Below, one piece after another: positions 50,001-61,007 of a DNA stretch of 64,000 nucleotides. A model generated the notes under the pieces. That model worked only from the letters and a program-made list of their open reading frames with translations, had not been told where the DNA came from and did not search any database. The first letter of the stretch is position 1. Each line of letters starts with the position of its first letter. The position numbers and the translations under genes were made by a program. The stretch is from Schmidtea polychroa (taxonomy: Eukaryota). The DNA lies in assembly GCA_044892525.1 (NCBI GenBank), contig CM097885.1, positions 240,498,001 to 240,562,000 on the forward strand. Direction: 5' to 3'.

Positions 50001-53000
50001 ACATTGGGTGAACATCAGCATAATTTCACATTTCGCGATTCCGCCCTGATAAATCTTCGAACTCGTTCACTAAAACGTCGAAAAGTTATTGTAAATATTC
50101 TGTACATCCGGTCAATCGAGGTTTAAATATTTATCGAAGATACTATTCCGAAACTGTTTTTCTAAGATTCATAAGCGACGAGCGGATCAATAGCATAAAC
50201 GAAGTCAGATAGATTTGAACGTTGTTAGAAATTGATAAATCCTTGTTTACATCGTCGGTTCAATTAAATGAACCTGAGAATCACATTAACTATTACATTA
50301 ATCACCGGGTTAATATAAACGAATCCGAACCAGACGATGTTAGTTCGGGGTAATTACCGTTAAATAATTTAAACAATTGTTTAGCACAAGAAATACAATG
50401 TATGAGATGATATCCGGCGTAATAAATCGCAACTAAGATAACCAAATGAACAATATACAACTATTTAATTTATATAATAATGATAGTACTTTACTTCTGA
50501 ATTTGTTCTCTTTTATAAATGTATATTTCATTTAAATGATTATTAACAAAGGTAGAATTTTAGAGTTAAGAATGACACGTTCAACGCGTATTACACGGAC
50601 TACACTTAATAAGATGTAAAATTTCTGTAAAAATTGGGTATTAACAATTTCTTAAACAGAATTTATTGATCAAATCTCGCACTCGATGATTAAATTCCCG
50701 CAATGAAATTCGATTTAAATGGTACGGGGAGTAAAAATACATCGATGTTGTCTACATGGTAGGAAGTGGGAAACTATTATTGAAGCATCTAATAACTCTT
50801 TATGACGAATTTTCGTGTATTTCGATGAGCCATCTTAATTAATTTAGATACGTGCGAACCAAGTTTACCGTCAAAATGGCCACAACCATGCTTTTCTTGT
50901 GCAGATAAGAATGCAGACAACAGAAAACTGCATGAATATATAGGGGTTCTGAAGACGAGTATTGAGACGCTCGAATGCACGTGTTTCTCCCCGCCACAGA
51001 TGAAAGAAGAAAAGACGAAGATACTACAGCTGGAGCACTGCAAGGACAGTCTCCTCGAAGAAAGCCGTTGTCAGAGGTTGACAGTTAAGTTCAATTGGAA
51101 GCACTACATCAGGTGTATTCCGAATCAGAAATACGGAGAAGGGTACAAAAATACCCGATCAAAGATGGGACAAACGTGTTCCCCTTGCATCACCGGGATG
51201 ATGAACAGTAGTTACCTTTAACCAGTTGTACTGGACATGGATTTGAGTTTCCACCAATAATCGACCCAGTTTTGTCCGATTCATCAAAGGGACACTGTGT
51301 TGCCAAGGAAACAGCTTCTACTTCGTCGTCTGGTCGTCTAAATAAGTCCACCACATTATCTTTGAAAAAACGAAAGTGCCCCTCTCGGGCTGAAAGAAAC
51401 CAGGAGCGCCGAGACGAAATCGCCGCGTTAGAGGTGTCACTATTTGCCGTCCAGGCTTTGAGCGCACAAATTCCCAAAGAAAAGACACCACTACCAAAGG
51501 AATTTTATCGAATCGTTCCATCAGGGACACTCCGAATGATGCCCAGCTACAAGTAGACATAGATGCCCTGTTAGCCGAAGAAGATGCCTTCAATACTACT
51601 CAAGATTTGATGAATAGCATCCCGAAATCTAAATAACTCTTCGTAAACTTTGATCATTGAGTACCCGGCAAATTCGTATATTTTCTATCTTATGTAATAA
51701 ATGTTGTTAATGTTTGTTTTTTGTCTTATTATTGCTGACTAGCTTGCCTGAGTTGGATTTCAACTCATTTTGTAGTATATGAATTTTGAGAGAGTAAAGT
51801 CGTCCCCTTGGACCAGGGTCGTACTGTCTTGCTTGATCGAATGAGGTAAGTCCTTCTATGGCACTCCGGAACCCGCACAGTGAACCGCGCCGGGAGTAGT
51901 TCTACCACAGGGGCTCACCTGCTGGTAGTTTCCGACCTGCGTGTGCATCACCAACGTGACACATTATCATGGGTACTTGTATGGGAGATTATTGTCAAAT
52001 AATGAAGGTTGCTTAGGGAACCAAATCTGAGCATGTAAAAATCCTTCCCTCAGTGACCAACATTAATAAGATATAAAATAAATTAATTATCAAATAATTT
52101 AATAAATATTAATATTTTAAAATTTATTTATATTTTGCAATATAAATTAACAAAGATGCATTTAAATATTATATTTAAAATCAAAGTTTAATTAAATTTA
52201 AGACTGCATTGAAAAAATCTGCTGTTATTAAAATAATAACAATTCATTAAGAATATCCTGTCTTTTTTCTGTTAAAACACCTTTCCTTCGTTTTATTTCT
52301 AACTTTAATTCATTGTGGAATGATTCATGAATGATTCATGAATTATTTATTTATTAATTAATATTAATAAATAAATATTACTTTTTATTTATTTTCGGGG
52401 GTTAAATTAAAAGGCATATTATTATTGGGGTTAAATTAAAAGGTTGATCCAAATTTTTTTATTTGTATTAAATATGTTATTCGCAGCAAAGGCTTAAATT
52501 ATCATTTAATTTTTTTTAAATAATAATAATTGATAAGAATTATTTTTTAATCGAAAATTTTAATTTTAAGTTTTATATATATATATATATATATATTTAT
52601 TTATTTGTTTATTTATTTGTTTAATAATAATAATAATAATAATAACAAAAATAATAAAGTCTTAGAAGTAGTAATAATACAAAGCCCACAGATAAGTGAA
52701 AATTGTACTGTCAAATGAAAATGGTAATAATTTAAAAACAAAAACAATTTAATGTGAATTACTAGGCTTCTTTTTCTAAGTTTAAATTTAAAATAAAGAA
52801 TATTTTCATTTATTTATATATTATCACTTAAAAATGAGTACAAGTTTTCTTAGATATTGAAAACAAATTTCGATAAGTACAATCTATTTTTGGAACAAAT
52901 TATATTGTTGCTATGGTCAAATGTATTCTCAATTTCATCATTTCATCACAGGCTCATTGTTAGATTGTATTTGTTATGATTTATCTTAGTTATTTACGGT

Positions 53001-56000
53001 CAATTTGATAAATTTTCCAACACGTTGTAGACCGCTCTGGGAATGTAATGCAATGCAGTACACGGTTTTCATGATATTTCTAATATATTTTTGATGTCCC
53101 TTGCTCATTCGTTCACATTAAATTATCATTACATTTTTTATATAATAAAAGTAAAATAAAACACTTGAGAATGTCACTAGTTGTCGGTCGTAAAAAATGT
53201 GGGATGGCTACCTCATATTCAGGTACAATTCGTTATCATGAAAGTAATTCACGAAAAAATAAAAAAAATTCAAAATTCAGTTGGTGCTCATGTTGTGATC
53301 GTTACTATAAAATAATCGAAAAACTTCAAAATATACATACAAGTTACATGATAAATTACAAATTTATATTCATAAAATAATCCGCCAGTGATTCCAGACA
53401 AAAGTCAGCGATGATTTCTTAATTGTTGTTTATTTTGATAGACTATGTCTACTAGTGCATGCCTTATTGGTACAGTAAATGACCTGTGAGCCTTTACAAC
53501 TTAGTGTAATATGAACAATGTCCTATTACTGGCTTGTATTTAATTGAGTCAATTGATCTATCAATAATAAGGATTGGAAGGTCAAATTTCATTAATTCAA
53601 TAATAATAAATAAATAAATTACCCCATAGCATTATTAAATAAACAGTTCTAACGAGTAATTTGATATTTTGCACTTACATATAGACAAGTTATGTGAAAT
53701 AGGAAATGCCAAATTCTTAAATTATAAAAAAAGAATCGTACTTATCTGTTTACAGTTGAATGACACTTCACGACTATCAATGTAAATATAATATATTTTA
53801 TTGCATTTGATAATTAGTAAAAAAAAAGGTTAGAAAAATAATTTCAAAACGTGTTACTTATCAATTTCAATAAAACTTAGTTCAAATTTGCACGATTTAG
53901 ATTTATTTTCTTAATTTTTCAATATTTTTGGTAGATCAAATTAAATATTTAAATTTCGAAATTGAGACTTCATTTTTATCCACATAGTTTGATTTTTAAC
54001 AAATGAATGCTATATTTTATTAGAAGAATTTTTGGATTTTTGGGACTTTAGGAAAATAAAATGAACGAGTAAATATAAAATAAATGTTTTTTATTTGATT
54101 GTAAACATTTACGAATATCCTATATTATTGGTGTGACTAAAACTTATTAAGATTTGACTTTATTATTATTAAAGTCGGTACTGAATCTGACTCCACATGC
54201 TCTTTGTCTCAGTTATTAAGATAACACCCAACACAAAACATTTAATTAAATGTCAGCAAATTTGATACAAAATTTTCGGTTTCACTCCTTTTGTCCTGCA
54301 CTCTTTAATAAAAATCGAAAACAGGTGACCCTGGGGAGTTTTGGCAATGATTTTTCACCTTTATTCAAAGATCTCGTTTATCTAATTCAAAACTAATCAT
54401 CGTTATTGATTTTAAAAAGAGGCCTAATTTCTTTGGTCTATAAATTTTTGTACATGGAATCCGAGTATCGTTAACAAAGCCATTGCTCCAAAGGGTTAAT
54501 GGATTCACACTATAGTCAAGAGGTCAGTTTGGTCTATGGATTTTTTTACATAGAATCCTACTATCGTTAACAAAGCCATTGCTCTAAAAGGGTAATGGAT
54601 TCACACTATATGGGTCCCAAGGATTTTTTCCATACAAAATCCGACCCTAATTAAAAAAGACAAGGTTTTTTTAAGGTCTATATAATTATTTGTATGCGAA
54701 ATGCAGGTCTCGTTAAAAAATTGAAGTATTTTAAGGGCTATAAAATGCTTCAGACCAAATGTCACTAGGGGTCGGGTACTGTGATATTCAAAAGTATTCC
54801 ACAAGCAAACCGTAAGGAGGAATATCATATTTGCCGTGGTCTTACCAAACTAAGCATATGAAAAATGCATGTCATCGCGTCGTCCAATTGTTGGGGTTTG
54901 ACTCGTGCAGATTAGCGTATTATGGCTAGGATAATAAGTATAATAAAAATAATAGGAAAATAATAATAATTACTAAAAATAGCATTAATTTATTACTTAA
55001 AATAAATTATAAATAAAAATAGCATATTAAATTTACTGTATTTAGATAAATACTTATTATAGTAATTTATAAATATATATATATATATAATTAGTAATTT
55101 ATAACTACTAAAATTAGATATAATAGAATATAATTTTATATAAATAAGATTAAGTTTTTAGAAAAAATTAGATAATAAATTTTGTGCGAAAATCAATATC
55201 GATTGATAGCAATCAGCAAAATTATTCGAGAGATCAATAAGCAACAGCTGCGGTGATTTTAAACCAAATAAGAAGGTAAAATCCGGAGAATTTAGGACAG
55301 CTGTCACCGAAAAATTTCGTATTTAAGGAAAAGATTTTTTGGAAGAAATTATTCAATTTTTGATCAAACATTTCTGCTTCGACAAAAATAATCAAAAACA
55401 CTAAAAGCTATATAAGCTTGTTTGCAAAGTTCAATAAAATTCTTAACCATAAGGTTATTTGGATTTTATTTATTAAATTAATAAATTCAGCTGCACAACT
55501 CGACCGCGAGAAGCAGCATTTCTGCCTGACTTACTCGTCGGATATAAAACTTTAAGAGGGAAATAACTAGGTAACGGTAGATCGAACTTGGTCTACACGA
55601 TCGCGCAAAATTCGGGAATTCCCTCATCTTGTCCCATTCTTTTATACAGCGCTGTGAGTCATTAGTTCCAGCGTTTGTGCTTTATCTGAGGACGGTTTGA
55701 ATAACCGATTTCTTTGCTTAGAGTTGAGCGGCATTTTTGGGAAAACATTTATTTATTTTTGTATAATTGTGCATAGCTAATAAAGTTTCTATATATACAT
55801 TCACGTCTTATTTAATTCATATTAAATTATTTATAATTACACGCACATATTTTGTATTGATATCTTTGGAGTCAGATATAATCTGTGTTAGGAAGAATCA
55901 ATCCACCTGATCAGAACCTAACAAAATTAATGTAACAAATTATAACATATTATGGCGGTAGGTTGCAATTTAATAAAAATGTATTAATTTGTTTAGAATA

Positions 56001-56480
56001 AAGTTTATTTTGGATATTCAATGCAATTTTTATCTGTAGATTAATTTCAAGCTTCTTTATGCATCTCATTAAAAGTAAATGTTTACTGAAACATCTAATG
56101 TTGACTTATCTGATTTTATTAAAGTAAATATTTAAAATGCATTTTTACTCAGTCATTTTCAATATTTCCAAAACGATTTGGAATTAAAATTTTCATTTTT
56201 TTATTATTTATTCGTTTTTGTATTATTCAGGATTTTGCTAGACTGATTTTATCTTTTTTTCAAGTGTATTTTTATTTTTTCCTTATTTAATTTAAAATTA
56301 GAGATTTATTAATACGTATTTCTAAAAATTAAATTGTTGAATTTTTCCAATTTTATTTAGGATAATGTATCTATTAGGATCGCTAGAATTTTTAATACAT
56401 TTGGACCAAGAATGAAGCATGATGATGGGCGAGTTGTTTCAAATTTCATCTATCAATCATTAACAAACAAGTCTTTAACG
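35075..56480 (+). CDS. UXS1: UDP-glucuronate decarboxylase / UDP-xylose synthase (7 exons seen; 3' exons not found in the window)
   Basis: Exons 35075-35138, 35211-35325, 35375-35429, 35474-35654, 40568-40732, 40780-40901, 56361-56480 with consistent phases. N-terminal signal anchor ([14 protein letters not shown]), [49 protein letters not shown] (YxxxK), [19 protein letters not shown]. Confidence 0.95.
36150..36600 (-). mobile_element. Internally deleted piggyBac remnant
   Basis: Minus strand [24 protein letters not shown] joined to C-terminal fragments ([20 protein letters not shown]). Confidence 0.75.
36760..37563 (+). mobile_element. mariner transposon remnant
   Basis: [17 protein letters not shown] (HTH) and [18 protein letters not shown] (decayed YSPDLAPSD). 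Right TIR-like GGGTATTTATTGAACGCACCACG. Confidence 0.8.
37660..39110 (+). mobile_element. hAT transposase pseudogene (GTF2IRD2/SPIN-like)
   Basis: [73 protein letters not shown], broken across several frames. Confidence 0.9.
41262..42790 (+). mobile_element. piggyBac element remnant
   Basis: TTAA-CCC left end. Fragments [52 protein letters not shown]. Confidence 0.75.
44100..45360 (+). pseudogene. TRAF: Intronless TRAF-family gene (TRAF Zn fingers, coiled coil, MATH/TRAF-C) with a C-terminal hydrophobic tail; disrupted
   Basis: [47 protein letters not shown]; then [47 protein letters not shown]; same frame past TAA 45130: [39 protein letters not shown]. At least 3 frameshifts and 2 stops. 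Confidence 0.88.
45500..46488 (+). pseudogene. Disrupted coiled-coil ORF (~330 codons) in the retroelement cargo
   Basis: ORFs 45539-45766 and 45992-46237 are in the same frame, separated by two in-frame stops. A frameshift near 46200 leads into 46198-46488. E/K/R-rich heptad character throughout. Confidence 0.6.
46666..47391 (+). CDS. Intact 241-aa E/K-rich coiled-coil protein (retroelement cargo)
   Basis: Uninterrupted ORF (in-frame ATG at 46672) with TATATAAAA at 46587 upstream. No recognisable family. Confidence 0.6.
   Translation: MKMKTEETSKTSTTEVEGEIEIEIVERKKTIKEELQEEKQQNERLTNKWRENRKMVKVLKKEYELLEEVKKEVEEENEWLQEQRKRRRNWEKIAEELWQERASHKAEEVIEDYWKTEAEKRQEIIKELNEQLRKKQQEIKEMEKWSRRYQEIETKYQQQKQGNNNREQENDFLQIEYERSLERKREEIRLLKKEIGQLRLEAHEKDRQLELLPELRPRFIKAETKIMRLSEKAHKRKPYDN
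47456..48163 (+). CDS. Intact 235-aa predicted type I membrane protein (signal peptide, short coiled coil, TM) in the retroelement cargo
   Basis: [18 protein letters not shown] (signal-like), [36 protein letters not shown] (TM-like). TATATAAAG at 47429. Confidence 0.6.
   Translation: MRSRIIVTIMIITVNLVGLQQAPSQLESIQDHRKSDRNSNQEVHHNTNPNAIKMEIIESIRIYINNLRLICNPNPTGKMMNKRILSQIHQLEQLEQEIKQQTFTNPAGKTENPAEIKDTQNLLYVVIAETTLNTIIIFVKLYETLKIWKINNPVRTRQQINPQEAAMENNTPTSFQPRTPVAESNQLLQHQIPRLRLTFIKLSSYRNYLSIVYLNYWCNLYINLVTLSDHCLRKV
48268..52062 (+). repeat. 3.8-kb LTR
   Basis: 6-bp perfect inverted termini TGTTGG/CCAACA. A G-rich motif sits immediately upstream in the PPT position but is not a clean PPT. 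A-rich U3-like start, AATAAA at 51696 with a T/GT-rich tract, GC-rich U5-like end. Confidence 0.65.
50975..51636 (+). pseudogene. Decayed ORF inside the LTR
   Basis: 194 codons in one frame from ATG 50975 to 51556 with only two internal stops, then a shifted tail ending at 51636. Confidence 0.5.
54430..54646. repeat. ~96-bp tandem repeat, ~2.3 copies
   Basis: TATCGTTAACAAAGCCATTGCT..GG.TAATGGATTCACACTATA repeated at 54466 and 54562. Confidence 0.85.
54889..55923 (+). mobile_element. Solo-LTR-like element (1035 bp)
   Basis: TGTTGGGGTT...AACCTAACA termini, internal TATAAAA and AATAAA, near-matching 4-bp flanks (CAAT/AAAT). Confidence 0.6.
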
Positions 56481-56989
56481 GTTGGTTTCATAATATAATA
56501 ATTTTAAAGTCCTGGATTTTTCACATATCATGATTATTAATAATAAGTGATTTCCAAAGATTTTTTTATTCAACACAACCTACTTTTCTTAGTCTTTTTA
56601 ATGAGCGTTAAATATATCTAATTGTAAACTCATTCTTAATTCTATTCAATTAATTTTTGTTTTAAATTTATGTTTTATTTAATTTTTAAATTTAACCCTT
56701 TCAACTCTTGAATTTTTTGTATGACATACCTGTAATTCCAGCGTACATTTTTGCAATGTCAAGACAAAATTTATTAAAAAATAAAAATTAAAAAGGTATC
56801 ATGGAAATGCGAATTTAAAACACAAGACATATTAGTAAATTAATTTATTTAGACAAAAATAACAACAACCGATGACTATTTATAAGTTTTATAGCTTATA
56901 AATAGTGGTGAACTATAGTCGTCAACGAAGTGCAAAAGGTTAACATCTCAGAATAATAATCTTTTTTTTATGACAATGTCTTTAATAAT

Positions 56990-57560
56990 AGCAGAAGTAA
57001 TATAAATTCTGCTTATTATTTGTTTCATTTACAAACATATAAATTGTGATTTTTGACAAATACTTTAAATATCTATTGAAGACTTTTTCACACAGAATAC
57101 GAAACATTAAAGACATCAATTTTACACTTCTTATTTTTACCATTTTTCTTCCAATGCGGTCCAAAGTTATTTTTTGATAGAATTATGATTTTTTCAAAAA
57201 CTATTTATTTCACGAATTTCAAACAAGAATTTCAAAGTCACTTCCCAAGTAAATAACGAGACAGTTTCTGTTCTTAATTCGTAAGTAGCTAATTTTATCA
57301 ACCCAAAATATAATTTTGAATAAAATCACCTTTTTATTCTTTTTTTCTCGTTATTTGTTACATCCCACAAAACAAAAATGGTCTCGTGATATTGTTTTTA
57401 ATGGGTATTAAAGACAACAAATGTTTTTCACCATAATATAAAATTGTACTATTAGTTTCATCAGAGCTTTCAAACTATTTAAATATAGCTGAATGTTATC
57501 GGATAAACAGTCCACAATGATATTAATAATTTCAAATTGCAAAACATCATTCTAATTTTC
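56990..57560 (-). mobile_element. Possible hAT C-terminal remnant
   Basis: VKLMSLMFRILCEKVFNRYLKYLSK resembles the hAT dimerisation motif (STYLCE.GFS). A hAT-like terminus lies near 57735-57768. Confidence 0.35.
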
Positions 57561-57935
57561 ATACAAATAATCTTATAAATTATTATTAAAATCTCTACTG
57601 TACATAATAAAATCTATAAATTTGTTTATTTATTTCGAATACAAAAATACCGAATTTAGGATGGAGCATAAAATAATTCAACATAGTTTGTCATATTAAT
57701 CTAGTTGTAGCATGAAAGGACTCGAAAATATAAATGTGGCCGCAATTTTTTAAAGTTTGTCCAACCCTGGATTTGATGAAATATATATTATTACTACTCT
57801 TATAAAATTAATTTCAATTTTTATTCATTTTACTTTTTAATTTGTTAAAATAATGGTTCATAAATTATGTTAAAATTATGATTATTATTATTATAAACAG
57901 TACAAGCTTTGTGATACCCAGTGCAAATCCCAATA

Positions 57936-57972
57936 AGTAGACAGTTTCGAGCTTTTGGCTCTCATCAGTACT
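57936..57972 (-). ncRNA. Minimal type I hammerhead-ribozyme-like motif with a canonical core
   Basis: agta-CTGATGA-GAGC caaaa GCTC-GAAA-C t GTC-tact: canonical CUGAUGA/GAAA core, 4-bp stem II, GUC cleavage triplet, 4-bp stem I, vestigial helix III. Confidence 0.65.
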
Positions 57973-58112
57973 ATGCAGGAGGCGCGAAGACTTCTCTTCG
58001 CATACTTTTCCTGGTACACTAAAAATCACATCACTTGCTTATTAGTTTTGTCACAGAAAATATGTAAACTTGTAAACATGGCGTATGAAAAATCATAATC
58101 TGCGGACTAATA

Positions 58113-58114
<2 letters not shown>

Positions 58115-58166
<52 letters not shown>
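58115..58166. repeat. (ATT)n microsatellite
   Basis: Long ATT run. Another at ~31013-31060. Confidence 0.95.
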
Positions 58167-58167
<1 letters not shown>

Positions 58168-61007
58168 ATTATATAAAAACATGTATTCAAACCGTTACAT
58201 TTTGTCATTGTGCCTAAAACAATTTTTCAAAAATTGTTGATATTTTCTTAGACTTGTCAAGGCATTTCAGTGAATTAATAATAATGGTGTCAGATTGCAC
58301 CTCAACAAGCATCAATTGCTGTACCATGACCACACATTAATTGATGCTTGCTTGCATGCACCTGATGATGATTAATCCAGCAAATCTAACACAGCCTATA
58401 TTACTTGCTATGTCTAACTATTAATTACTGTTGCTATGCTGAAACTATTTCCATGAAGTCAAAAAATCATCTTTTTTATCATCAGTTACAGTCAGTGGAT
58501 TTCCATTATAAAACTATTTATATTTTCCTAAATATTATTTTAGTTTGTTTTACAAGTATTCGCTGGTTATTTATAATAATTGAATGAAAAGTTTGAACTC
58601 AGAAATGTTTTTTCTGATGGAAGTGTTTGTCATCTTGAAAATTGTAATTTAGATGAACTTGAGTAGAAATTGCTTAATATGCGTTAATCTCTGGTATAAA
58701 GTTTTTATTCAATCTTAGTAAACTTAAAATCATTTAGTTGAAATGTTGTGCATACGTTTAAAATCGACAATTGGAAATAATAATACGATAAAATCCAAGT
58801 TTTACAGTTTATCATTATTGTTTTGTTCTTGAGGAGGTCGTCAGGTCTGATAATTTTCTGCGATCTTTCATATGAAAAGTTAGATAGAACTGATATAATA
58901 TGTTTAAATTTTATATTTTTTCCGTTAGTTTAAAGTTAATCTGCAACCTGCTTTATTATATTATTTTATCCTTCTCACTAGTTTTTTATGGTTATATCTG
59001 TTTTTACCACAGTACAAAATCGAATATACTCTTGAAATAAATTTATTTTAGAACTATTTGTTTGATATTTTGGGAGCATATAACTAATATTCGCCTCCAC
59101 AAAATACCAGAAAGAATTTTGAATAAAAATTATTAGCAAATAACTTTTTGTAGATATAATCTATAATACATTTTTTATAATACATTAGTAATTTTGGATT
59201 AGTTTTTTTGTAGCAGTAGTTGATTATTAGTAATTATTACGAGCAATAAAGTCATTTGTCAAGATCATGTTTATCCTTTTGAATTTTAATTAAGTCTGTT
59301 AATGTTTCTTGTTTTGAAGAAATTGAGAACTAAAGAAAATAAGGAGTAATCGAAGGAAGCATATGACGATGAAATCTTTTCTAAAAATTGATTCATGATT
59401 GAGCAACTCAATTTTATCAACAAGCGTAAAGTTTTTGATATTCTTAAATATACTATAGATTCAATAATTAAAGATGTGTGATTGAGAAAACTTTCTCCAT
59501 CGTTTCCCTTTTTCTAATAAATGAAATGTATAAGGCTAATCTACAAACAATTAAGTAACGATTTCCAGAAAAATATAGCAACAAATGATAAATTTATATT
59601 CCCGACAATAGAAAGTCAACAGAATGCCAATTTTAAGATAAATATCAATGTCGCTAGAAATATTTCATGTTTTTATGGGATTTACTCACATGAATAACAT
59701 TGTTTTTCAGACATCGATGGATATGTGGTTAATTTATTCATCAGTTGGGGACTTGCATAGATTTTAAGTGTTTGGATCGGTAGAATAATGAAGTGATTTT
59801 AATAGGGAGTTAAGATCATTTCAATGTTTAAAGGAAAATTTAATCTCAAGTGAGAGATTTAGTTGGTTGAATATTGATTAAAATGACCAATAATTATGAC
59901 GATTTTTACGGTTCTGATTGCAACTCTATATGTTTTTGGATCTCAGTAAATATTATTACAATTCTAGAGTATATCGAATTATTGTCAATGAAAGCATGAA
60001 ACAACCAATTCAATTTCAATATACAAATAATTTTAGTTTTAAGGAATTAGTTTACATTTTTAGAACATATTTTATCTTTTTGTTAACACGAAACAACCAA
60101 TCAAAATTATTGAGTAAGAATTAATTTTTTTTACAAAGAAGAAAATATTCAATTGATAAAATCAATTAATAAAAACTTTGATCTTTATTGAATAGGCTGA
60201 AAATTTACTTGATTATTACTGACTAGAATTCGAAGTTCTTTTGTTTTACTTTTTGCTCATTAATTATCTTTTTATGATATTTAGTTTCATTGTTTAGGAT
60301 AATTTAAATATTCACATTTTACAATCATTAAATTAAAAATTAATTAAATTTGCATATTTATTTGAAAATCCTACAAATTCAGCAACCACATTCTTCACAA
60401 TTCACTTGAATGTTGAAAGTTTCCTTTAAAAATCAATCAATTACATTCATTTTTATGAAAAGCATTAATTTTTACAACTTAAATCAATAATTTATTAAAA
60501 TTTATTCTAAAATCTTAATTAAATTAATTTAAATATTTAAAAATCCATTAAAATCACAGTTATTGTACATTCAAATTTAGTTAAAGCTTTATCCACTATT
60601 TCGTATTATTTTATTGAAACATTTAATTATTATTTCCATTTGGAAAACATTTGCTGAACAAATTATAATTATAACTTGATTATTAGATGCTGCTAAAACA
60701 TTTTTTAAATCCGGTTCAAAAGTTAACGACATAATTCCAAGTATTTATTATATGACATATTGTATAATTTTAAACAAATTTTCAGCGTTGAATAAAATAT
60801 TTTCAAAACCATTTATCAAAATATTTCAATATTTAAAACATATTTATTTAAAAAATTTTCATTAATAAAAGTTCTTTTTTAAAAAGCTATTTTAATTTTT
60901 AATTCAAAAATTTCAACTTAAAAAATCCAATTTAAAAATTATTTAAAAGTTATTTTAATAGTCAATTATTTACAATTTAAATTTATTTTGATAAACCATT
61001 GAAATAT

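Larger units (their letters stand above)
44100..52062 (+). mobile_element. 3' portion of a probable giant LTR retroelement: cargo-gene cassette plus a 3.8-kb LTR
   Basis: Abrupt shift to a strongly A-skewed, intronless, all-plus-strand ORF array (44.1-48.2 kb), then TGTTGG (48268)...CCAACA (52062), after which ultra-AT host sequence resumes. No gag/pol in the window, so the class is inferred. Confidence 0.65.

Noticed and set aside
44100-52062. Polinton/Maverick or endogenous DNA virus interpretation of the ORF cassette
   Set aside because: No polB, integrase, ATPase, protease or capsid motifs, and no long TIR. TG...CA LTR termini fit better, though this is not excluded without the rest of the element.
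54430-54646. Repeat-spacer pattern as a CRISPR-like array
   Set aside because: The units are ~96-bp tandem copies with similar rather than unique spacers, in eukaryotic context with no cas genes.
59260-60960. Possible nested antisense gene in the last UXS1 intron
   Set aside because: Only short stop-riddled frames with no recognisable motif or convincing splice chain.
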